Source: a virus
Reading direction: 5' to 3' (one strand)
IMG/VR virus record: IMGVR_UViG_3300010167_000006
Span: 1-39,398 of that record
DNA length: 39,398 nt
Positions 27,015 through 33,696 of this stretch are shown one piece after another. The translations under genes and the position numbers were made by a program. The notes under the pieces were generated by a model. The model saw only the letters and a program-made list of their open reading frames with translations. It did not search any database and was not told where the DNA came from. The stretch's first letter is position 1; every line of letters starts with the position of its first letter.

Positions 27015-27149
27015 ATGGAAAATTCAAACGATAATGATGAATTGAAAATAGATGATATATACAGTATATTTTCTACGCTTTCATACATGGATAAGATTGC
27101 TATTTTGCGTTATTTGCTCGATCTCTTAAAAATTGCGCAAATACCGTAA
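27015..27149 (+). CDS. Possible 44-aa ORF antisense to the 3' end of the repressor gene
   Basis: TTGACT-17 nt-TATCAT promoter-like boxes (about 26967-26995), RBS gaggtga, ATG 27015. The peptide resembles the repressor C-terminal motif. Confidence 0.3.
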   Translation: MENSNDNDELKIDDIYSIFSTLSYMDKIAILRYLLDLLKIAQIP

Positions 27150-27498
27150 GCTTGTCCTTATCTTCCGAGGATAAAATTCGGAAAATTTTTTTAAGTTCGA
27201 CTTCGTTGATATTAATATCAAATCCATCCACTACGGACCCATCAGGTCCTTTTGTTTTTTCAATTGCATTTTCTATAGTTTCGATCGAATTAATGTAAGG
27301 CGTTGGATCGTCTATGCGCCCAAGTAAAAAATCCAAATTAACGTTAAAAAAATCCGCCATAAAGTTTAACGCTTCGCTGTCCGGGTCATGAAGTCCTCTT
27401 TCCCAGTTGGACAAAGTAGCCTGTGTTATATTCAATCTTTTGGCAAAATCTATTTGCCTTAATCCCTTTTTTTTCCTTAATAAACCAATGCGATTCAT
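27100..27498 (-). CDS. CI-like repressor (XRE-family HTH)
   Basis: LRQIDFAKRLNITQATLSNWERG HTH. Divergent from the cro-like gene across an operator-rich region. Confidence 0.8.
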   Translation of the reverse strand: MNRIGLLRKKKGLRQIDFAKRLNITQATLSNWERGLHDPDSEALNFMADFFNVNLDFLLGRIDDPTPYINSIETIENAIEKTKGPDGSVVDGFDININEVELKKIFRILSSEDKDKLTVFAQFLRDRANNAK

Positions 27499-27511
27499 TA
27501 TATCACCTAAT

Positions 27512-27641
27512 ATAAGTATATCTTATTTTTTTTATTAGACAATTTATATAAGATAAAATTATATTTTTTTTAAAATAGTATTGACAAATAAGATAATCTT
27601 ATTTATTTTATTAGATAAACTTATATAAAAGATTATCTTAT
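27512..27641. promoter_or_regulatory. Lysogeny switch: divergent promoters with three to four 15-bp palindromic operators (ATAAGAT-N-ATCTTAT)
   Basis: Operators: ATAAGTATATCTTAT (27512-27526), degenerate ATAAGATAAAATTAT (27548-27562), perfect ATAAGATAATCTTAT (27588-27602), AAAAGATTATCTTAT (27627-27641). Plus strand has -35 TTGACA at 27581-27586. Minus strand has -35 TTGTCT (27537-27542) and -10 TATACT (27515-27520). Confidence 0.7.
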
Positions 27642-27658
27642 ATCAGAGGTGGGCAGCA

Positions 27659-27865
27659 ATGAATCAGCTTAGAGATTTGAGAGAAAAAGCCGGGCTCAAA
27701 CAAAAAGACGTTGGTACTAAACTACGAGTAAGCCAAGGGGTTATTTCCCAGTGGGAACGCGGTTGTTGTTTTCCCAAGACGGAGCTGCTCCCAAAATTGG
27801 CGATAATTTATAACTGTACAATTGACGAGTTGATAAACCCGGAAAAAAAGCCTGACATTGCATGA
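27659..27865 (+). CDS. Cro-like XRE-family HTH regulator
   Basis: LKQKDVGTKLRVSQGVISQWERG HTH; 68 aa; divergent from the repressor. Confidence 0.8.
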   Translation: MNQLRDLREKAGLKQKDVGTKLRVSQGVISQWERGCCFPKTELLPKLAIIYNCTIDELINPEKKPDIA

Positions 27866-28004
27866 TTTTAGTTTATACCCTCAAGCTACTTTAATCTCAA
27901 GACCGAACAAAAATGAGTATTTATTCAACAAAAATACAAACCAAAAAAATAATGTAAAAAGTTTTGATAATCAAATAAACGTTACACGTTTAATTATTAA
28001 ACCG

Positions 28005-28826
28005 TTACCTGTATTCGTCATCGCCAAAAAGACGCCGGTTGACTACCCGATAACCGGTTTTATCGTAGAAGTCGACGCTATATCCGTTATCAAACGGGAT
28101 CTCATAATGATCGACCGCAACCCTTATAGCTTTTTCGGTCGTGCTTACAAAACTACGTTTATGGACATCGGAGACGGAATACCATGTATCCGCGACGACA
28201 ACGGAAAAGTTTTTAAAATCATCGGAATACTTAATTGAAACGATAACGCCGTCAGAATAATTAACTATAACGGATAAATTATTTTGCAATTTAGGCTTTA
28301 AATACGAAACGACCGTATTGCGGACATCGACGCGGGCTTTGGACTGGCCGATTTCGCCGGCTATCAGAAACACGGCGCATAGAATAAAACAAAATAACGT
28401 TATCAACCTGCGGTTAAATCGCGAGAGCAGTTTTTCGCCGAAAAGAGCGCCGGTAAAAACAAAAATCAAAAAAAGACATAAAAACAACGATAAAAGAGAC
28501 GCGGCGAACCGAATAAAAAAAGAAAATGCCAAAAAATCTACGGACGGATGCCCAGTTAAAAGTGGGTTATTGATTTGTCTGAATACTTCGTTATCTGGCG
28601 ACGCGAAGTCCATGATATCGGCGATGAAAAAAACGGATGTAAGTATTGCGGCGAAGATCCATACAACAATAACGAAACGGCAGTACCGCGAATACGTTTT
28701 ACCCCCGAGAATGGATATTACGCTCGGTCGGTTCGGCTCGCTGCGGACATTATAAAAAAGTATAAACGTGCAAATGATTACAATCGCATAAACGAAAACG
28801 CTGAAAAAAATGAAACCGTCACCCAC
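28005..28826 (-). CDS. Multi-pass membrane protein with a C-terminal soluble domain (moron, candidate superinfection exclusion)
   Basis: GTG start preceded by AAGGAGG. About 5 hydrophobic segments. Opposite orientation to the early operon. Low GC. Confidence 0.65.
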   Translation of the reverse strand: MGDGFIFFSVFVYAIVIICTFILFYNVRSEPNRPSVISILGGKTYSRYCRFVIVVWIFAAILTSVFFIADIMDFASPDNEVFRQINNPLLTGHPSVDFLAFSFFIRFAASLLSLFLCLFLIFVFTGALFGEKLLSRFNRRLITLFCFILCAVFLIAGEIGQSKARVDVRNTVVSYLKPKLQNNLSVIVNYSDGVIVSIKYSDDFKNFSVVVADTWYSVSDVHKRSFVSTTEKAIRVAVDHYEIPFDNGYSVDFYDKTGYRVVNRRLFGDDEYR

Positions 28827-28982
28827 TATACAACCTCCTTTTGTATAAACGGCGCTAATTTATTAAACATACAGGTTAAAACCCAGCGCCGTTTTCATCA
28901 TTAAATGTTAAGCCTTACACCAGCTATAAGGTCAAGTCCGAAAGCATTACGTTTTAAATACAATTTGACAGGAGCAAAAATC

Positions 28983-29324
28983 ATGAATCCGGTCACGAAT
29001 CCTTATGTAAGAGAAGAACTCGACAACCTGGAACGGCAGTTCGGCGCGAAAGCGTACCTTACGCTCGACGAGTACGCGGAATTTTACGGCACCAACCGGC
29101 GATGGGCGTCGCAGCATTTGAGGCGCAAGGGCATACCCTTCGCAAAGGAGGGTAAATCGCTCTACATATCCATGATCGACCTTGCGGTGTATAAGGCCAA
29201 GTGCAAGGCCGGGCCGGACGGCGCGATCACTTTAATGGGGATCAAGGAAAAGGATAATTCGGCGGAGATGAAGCGCCGCCGGGGCTTTTCGCAGATGGCC
29301 GAAAAACGCAGACTGGGCACGTAA
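28983..29324 (+). CDS. HTH DNA-binding protein (excisionase/MerR-like fold)
   Basis: LTLDEYAEFYGTNRRWASQHLRRKGIPFAKEGKSLYISMIDL matches the excisionase-type HTH pattern. Internal ATG 28983 with RBS aggag preferred over 28905. Confidence 0.55.
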   Translation: MNPVTNPYVREELDNLERQFGAKAYLTLDEYAEFYGTNRRWASQHLRRKGIPFAKEGKSLYISMIDLAVYKAKCKAGPDGAITLMGIKEKDNSAEMKRRRGFSQMAEKRRLGT

Positions 29325-29342
29325 TTGAAAAATTGAAAGGAC

Positions 29343-29690
29343 TTGATGAAAATGGAATTTAAGGCAGATGAATGGCAAGCCGAAGGAAAGCGGCGATTCG
29401 GCGATGATTATAAGAATTGGAAATTCGTATGTCCTGCATGTGGACGTATAAATACGGGGAGTGAATTTAATGAAGTAGGCGCAAAACCGAACGATATGTA
29501 TTCTACCTGCATTGGTCGTCATAACGGTAAAGGGTTAAAAATGGACGAATTGAAAAAAGATGAAATACCCGAATATGGTTGCGATTGGGCGGCTTTCGGG
29601 CTGTTAGGAACGTTAGGCCGTGGTGACACCATATTACGTGAGGACGGTAAAAAAACGGATGTATTCGCATTTGCTAAACCGGATCATTGA
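29343..29690 (+). CDS. Conserved phage protein with a CPACG zinc-ribbon motif (VVA0879-family-like)
   Basis: FGDDYKNWKFVCPACGRINTGSEF...CIGRH...GCDWAAFGLL. The family name is recalled from memory, not searched. Confidence 0.5.
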   Translation: MMKMEFKADEWQAEGKRRFGDDYKNWKFVCPACGRINTGSEFNEVGAKPNDMYSTCIGRHNGKGLKMDELKKDEIPEYGCDWAAFGLLGTLGRGDTILREDGKKTDVFAFAKPDH

Positions 29691-29710
29691 ATAAAAAAAA
29701 TGAAAGGGGG

Positions 29711-29911
29711 CGGTCCTATGAGGGTATTCAGCCGCACGACGAATCGGGCAAGTTGGGGGAACATAAAAAGAAACCGCCATATATAGGCGGCGAGAACCGG
29801 GCAAAGCCCGGCAAGAGACGGTCCTATTATACGGGATCGGCGGCGGATGTCAAGGGCGGGTCGGATTCCAGGGTTAATCTCCCGCCCGGGCATTCGTCCG
29901 GATAATACCCG
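29711..29911 (+). ncRNA. Candidate structured noncoding RNA or DNA element (GC-rich, nested helices), unknown class
   Basis: Local hairpins: CCGCC/GGCGG (29774-29790), CCGGGC/GCCCGG (29797-29811), GGGCGGG/CCCGCCC (29854-29887). Long-range pairs: GGGTATT (29722-29728) with AATACCC (29904-29910), and ACGAAT (29739-29744) with ATTCGT (29892-29897). Strand not established. Confidence 0.35.
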
Positions 29912-30055
29912 TAATATCCATTCAGCATACTCAATTTATTCGACTTTTACACGCGGAGGCATCACATGCGCCATACTTAGACGTTTATCGGTCTGAAAAT
30001 TTTGAAAAGTGGAATTACCTAAAAATAAATAGATAGAGCGGCCAAGGGATGAACC

Positions 30056-31105
30056 ATGGATTTTTTACGTCAGCTCGACGCGTTTTACGGCAGGATGGAG
30101 TACCGCGAACCGTTGACTTCGAGTGCTATCGCGCTCTATAGCGCGCTCTTGCAAGTAGATAGAAAACTCGGATGGCGGGAAACTTTCACTGCGTCGAATA
30201 AAACGCTGGAAGTCTTATCGGGATTATCCGGTATGTCCCTGCACAGGGCCAAGAACGAACTGGCCCGCAACGGGCTGCTTATCTATAAAGGGGGTAAAAA
30301 TCGGTATAAGGCGTCGTGGTACAGCCTGCCGGTTCTGTATGATACGGAATCCGGAGACGAAAACGGAGAAAATATTGTAGCGTCTCATATTGATACGGTA
30401 AACGATATGGTAAACGATATGGTAGACGATACGGTAAACGGTACGGTAGACGGTATGGTAAACGGTATGGTAAAAAAACCGGCTCCCGGAACGGCGGGCG
30501 ATGCCTATATCAAAAATAATATAAATAATAAAAAAAACAATAAAAACATAAATTTCAGTCATGTCAGTCATGTCAGTCAATCTTTGGATTTAGATCTAAA
30601 ACCGGACGGACAAAAACCCGACGGACGGGACGGACAGGACGGACAGAGTCCGGACGGACCATATCTGGACAAGGCGGATAATAACCAGAGAATCGTCGAA
30701 TCCGCCGGGGCGATCGTTTCGGACGTCCCGGACGACGCCGAAATGTCCCGGAAAATCGAGGATTACCGGGAGGCCGTCAAGGCCAACATCGAATATGACG
30801 GTTTGATAAACATATACCGCCACAAAACGGACCTTGTGGACGAGATCGTGGGGATCATCGTCGACACGAATTTTACCGAAAGGGCTTACTTTACCATTAA
30901 CCGCAGCTTTAAGCCGAAAGCGCTCGTAATTGATCAACTGTCAAAACTCACTTACAGCAACGTCGAGCTCGCGATCGACCAGTTTTTAGCCGTCGACGCG
31001 CCTATAAAAAACAAAAAGGGATACATCCTCACGACGCTGTACAACAGCGTGATGGAGACGGAGGCGCACTACTCCAATCTGTACGAGAGCAATAAATACA
31101 AATAA
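30056..31105 (+). CDS. Replication initiator / replisome organiser (N-terminal winged-helix, central repeat linker, conserved C-terminal domain)
   Basis: The N-terminus resembles DnaD/replisome-organiser HTH. Iterons and an AT-rich tract are embedded mid-gene. The C-terminus KKGYILTTLYNSV is DUF6017-like (recalled). Confidence 0.6.
   Translation: MDFLRQLDAFYGRMEYREPLTSSAIALYSALLQVDRKLGWRETFTASNKTLEVLSGLSGMSLHRAKNELARNGLLIYKGGKNRYKASWYSLPVLYDTESGDENGENIVASHIDTVNDMVNDMVDDTVNGTVDGMVNGMVKKPAPGTAGDAYIKNNINNKKNNKNINFSHVSHVSQSLDLDLKPDGQKPDGRDGQDGQSPDGPYLDKADNNQRIVESAGAIVSDVPDDAEMSRKIEDYREAVKANIEYDGLINIYRHKTDLVDEIVGIIVDTNFTERAYFTINRSFKPKALVIDQLSKLTYSNVELAIDQFLAVDAPIKNKKGYILTTLYNSVMETEAHYSNLYESNKYK
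30392..30475. repeat. Seven tandem 12-bp iterons (GRTAYGGTARAC), putative origin of replication
   Basis: gatacggtaaac gatatggtaaac gatatggtagac gatacggtaaac ggtacggtagac ggtatggtaaac ggtatggtaaaa. Followed by an AT-rich tract at about 30505-30555. Confidence 0.75.
30556..30582. repeat. Three tandem 9-bp repeats CAGTCATGT next to the AT-rich tract
   Basis: cagtcatgt cagtcatgt cagtcaatc, read directly. Confidence 0.85.
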
Positions 31106-31127
31106 CGTGACTTAAGGATAGATATAT

Positions 31128-31988
31128 ATGCCTAAGACAGCCCTGGAGGCCAAGCGCGGCAACATTTTTTTGATCGAGCCGGAGCGGCTCACCCTGGTGA
31201 CGGACAGGGGAAGCCCGTTGTTCGACCCGCGGGCGGAGGACGCGCCGGACGAGGCCATGGTGGCCAACGTCGCGATGTACGGGATCATCGAGCCGGTGGT
31301 CGTCCGCAAAAACGGCGAAAAGATAGAGGTCGTCGCGGGCCGGCGGCGGGTGGCCGCGGCGCTGGAGGCCAACCGGCGGCTTGCGGAAAACGGGATGAAG
31401 ACGATGTTGGTCCCGGTTATCATCCGCGGCGGCGAGGACGCGGACATTTTCGGCGTGATGATCTCGGAAAACGAGATCCGGCAAGACGACAGCATGGTAA
31501 GAAAAGGCGAAAAATGCCGAAAATTGTTGAATTTAGGTTACACCGTTAACTCCATAGCCGCGGTCTTCGGCGTGACGCGCCAGGCGGTGGATAACTGGCT
31601 CGCGGCGGACGAGCTGCCCGAGCCGATACGGACGGCCGTCGAAGGCGGCGAAGTTTCCGCGACCGCGGCGATAAAGTTGTCGGGTTTTTCGCGCGAAGAG
31701 CAGGAGCGAAGATTTGAGGATTTAAAGGATAAGGACGTAAAACCCACGGTGCAGGCGGTTAAGACCGCGGCGGCGTCCGCGGAAAACGTGCCCCTGCCGC
31801 GGATGCGGTCGCAGGCGGAGATTGCGAAAAAGTTGAAAAGGCGGTTTTTCGACGGGTCGGTGGTTGTGGACGGAGAAGACGTCGGGGACGAGGACGAAAC
31901 CGTGGATGAGGGCAAGAACGCAGACAATACCGACCGTTACGCGCAGGGATACCGCGCCGCGCTGCGGTGGGTGCTGGGGTTGGATTGA
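31128..31988 (+). CDS. ParB-like N-terminal domain protein with HTH
   Basis: GIIEPVVVRKNGEKIEVVAGRRRVAAA (ParB/Srx box) and YTVNSIAAVFGVTRQAVDNWL HTH. Confidence 0.7.
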   Translation: MPKTALEAKRGNIFLIEPERLTLVTDRGSPLFDPRAEDAPDEAMVANVAMYGIIEPVVVRKNGEKIEVVAGRRRVAAALEANRRLAENGMKTMLVPVIIRGGEDADIFGVMISENEIRQDDSMVRKGEKCRKLLNLGYTVNSIAAVFGVTRQAVDNWLAADELPEPIRTAVEGGEVSATAAIKLSGFSREEQERRFEDLKDKDVKPTVQAVKTAAASAENVPLPRMRSQAEIAKKLKRRFFDGSVVVDGEDVGDEDETVDEGKNADNTDRYAQGYRAALRWVLGLD

Positions 31989-32034
31989 TATAAGGCGACG
32001 CGGACGGAGTATAACCGTCGAGGGGTTGAGGGGA

Positions 32035-32229
32035 ATGAAGTTCGAGGCAATGGACAGAGAAGGAAAAGTAAAGATGAGCACGGAGGAGCCGGGGTGCGTT
32101 TACCCGGAGGACGTGCTGAGGGATATGGAAAAGGCTGGGTATACGTTTCGAATGGACGGAAGGAAATGCAGAGCGGGGGAAGTAACAATCAATTTTCCGT
32201 TTGAAGGGCAGATTGGGTTGTATGAATAA
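32035..32229 (+). CDS. Small hypothetical protein (64 aa)
   Basis: ATG 32035 with a purine-rich RBS. The longer track ORF from 31864 overlaps the parB-like gene. Confidence 0.4.
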   Translation: MKFEAMDREGKVKMSTEEPGCVYPEDVLRDMEKAGYTFRMDGRKCRAGEVTINFPFEGQIGLYE

Positions 32230-33079
32230 TTTAGTTCAAGTGATTCCAAGTAATAAATCTAAAATAACCAATATATTAAAATACCCCGGTAGCAAATGGA
32301 ATATCGCGGACTGGATCGTATCCCATTTTCCTATGGGCTACGAAAAAATGAACTACTTGGAACCATTTTTCGGATCCGGCAGCATATTTTTTACAAAAAA
32401 CAGGTCCGTTTTGGAAACGATAAACGATTTGGACGAAAACGTGGTCAACCTTTTTCGTGTATGCCGCGATTATCCGGAGCAGCTTGCCAAAGCAGTATAT
32501 CTTACCCCGTGGTCCCGCACGGAATATAAGCGTTCGTATGAAACAATAGATGAACCGGTCGAAAAGGCGAGGCGTTACCTCGTCCGGATGTGGCAAGCGA
32601 TAGGCGCAAAATCGAGTAATTCCACAGGCTGGCGGAAAAACATAAAAGGCGTCAACGGCAACGTAACAAGGTTTCATTTATCGTTGCCGGAAAATATTTT
32701 ATCGGTAGTGCAACGTTTAAAACATTCGGAAGGTAGTCATATCGTACAAATCGAAAACAAAAACGCCTTCGAACTTATTAAAAACCATAACGAATATAAC
32801 ACGTTGATATACGCCGACCCGCCTTACGTCTTAAAGACGCGCAACGGTCGAATTTATAAACACGAATTTACGGACGAAGATCATCGGTATTTACTCGATA
32901 TCCTGCGGAAACACAAGGGACCAGTCGTTATATCAGGGTATAAAAATGAGATATACGACGTAACCTTAAACGATTGGTTTCGATATGAAATTTCCGCGCG
33001 TACAGAGGCTCAAAAAATAAAGATTGAAGTTTTATGGTGTAACTATGAGGCGGATAGGCAGATAACGCTTGATGATTAA
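32222..33079 (+). CDS. dam: DNA N6-adenine methyltransferase (Dam / D12 class)
   Basis: YPGSKWNIADWI, EPFFGSGSIFF (SAM-binding) and ADPPYVL (DPPY) motifs. Confidence 0.8.
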   Translation: MNNLVQVIPSNKSKITNILKYPGSKWNIADWIVSHFPMGYEKMNYLEPFFGSGSIFFTKNRSVLETINDLDENVVNLFRVCRDYPEQLAKAVYLTPWSRTEYKRSYETIDEPVEKARRYLVRMWQAIGAKSSNSTGWRKNIKGVNGNVTRFHLSLPENILSVVQRLKHSEGSHIVQIENKNAFELIKNHNEYNTLIYADPPYVLKTRNGRIYKHEFTDEDHRYLLDILRKHKGPVVISGYKNEIYDVTLNDWFRYEISARTEAQKIKIEVLWCNYEADRQITLDD

Positions 33080-33178
33080 AACGTCCTGCGGAGGGACATA
33101 TCGGGTTATATGAATAGTCAACCCCAATGATTCTAAGAAATTTATCGAAGACAATTTCAAAAATGAGGGTTTTTTAAT

Positions 33179-33376
33179 ATGAGGTATGACTTTTATAAAG
33201 CATCTTCACCTTATGAAATAGGCGACACAATTATATATCAAGGGGAACATAAAATTATAACCGATATTTTATTTTTACATTTTACCAAGTCAAAAAAAAC
33301 AGATATTAAGTACGAACTCGATGATAATAAAACTTTTATTTCTTTATCTATAGATCAAAACGAAATAATTAGATGA
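33179..33376 (+). CDS. Hypothetical protein
   Basis: 65-aa AT-rich ORF. Confidence 0.4.
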   Translation: MRYDFYKASSPYEIGDTIIYQGEHKIITDILFLHFTKSKKTDIKYELDDNKTFISLSIDQNEIIR

Positions 33377-33384
33377 TTTAACAT

Positions 33385-33678
33385 TTGAAAACTTTCGGGA
33401 AGGAATTCCTTGCCGTGACAGATGCTGAAAAAATTAAAATGCTCGAAAAAATAACCGGAAAGAAGCCCCTCCACCGTCCCGACGGCAAAGAGACAATGCA
33501 GGAGCTCCACGGCGTACGTTCGGATAAAACGTGCAGGGAGTGCATACATTGCAAGAGATTGCTATACGGTAGGACGATTTACAAATGTGATTTATGGCAT
33601 GTTAACCACAGCCAAAAAACGGACATTAGGGTAACCGGCCCGGCCTGCGGGAAATTTAAGCCGCATGAGATAAAATAA
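33385..33678 (+). CDS. Hypothetical Cys-rich protein
   Basis: CRECIHC...C...C pattern. Immediately upstream of the cysH-like gene. Confidence 0.45.
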   Translation: MKTFGKEFLAVTDAEKIKMLEKITGKKPLHRPDGKETMQELHGVRSDKTCRECIHCKRLLYGRTIYKCDLWHVNHSQKTDIRVTGPACGKFKPHEIK

Positions 33679-33696
33679 GCGCGAAAGGATTAACAC

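Noticed and set aside
27858-28238. 126-aa plus-strand ORF following cro
   Set aside because: It overlaps the 3' half of the reverse-strand membrane protein gene, which has a perfect AAGGAGG RBS and a coherent TM topology. The plus-strand ORF has no clear RBS and an Asn/Lys-rich N-terminus typical of AT-rich noise.
29684-29905. Two overlapping ORFs (69 aa minus strand, 72 aa plus strand) in the 29691-30055 gap
   Set aside because: Both give basic Gly/Arg/Pro-rich peptides with no RBS. The region is better explained by the nested hairpins (noncoding structured element).
30392-30475. Tandem repeats considered as a possible CRISPR array for the Cas-like genes
   Set aside because: The units are only 12 bp and directly abutting with no spacers. 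They are in frame within the replication gene and followed by an AT-rich tract, so they are iterons. No repeat-spacer structure with 24-40-nt repeats was seen anywhere in the window.
31864-32034. Long version (121 aa) of the small ORF starting at 31864
   Set aside because: Its first 57 codons overlap the ParB-like gene in another frame and give an Arg/Trp-rich sequence. The internal ATG 32035 with an upstream purine-rich tract is more plausible.
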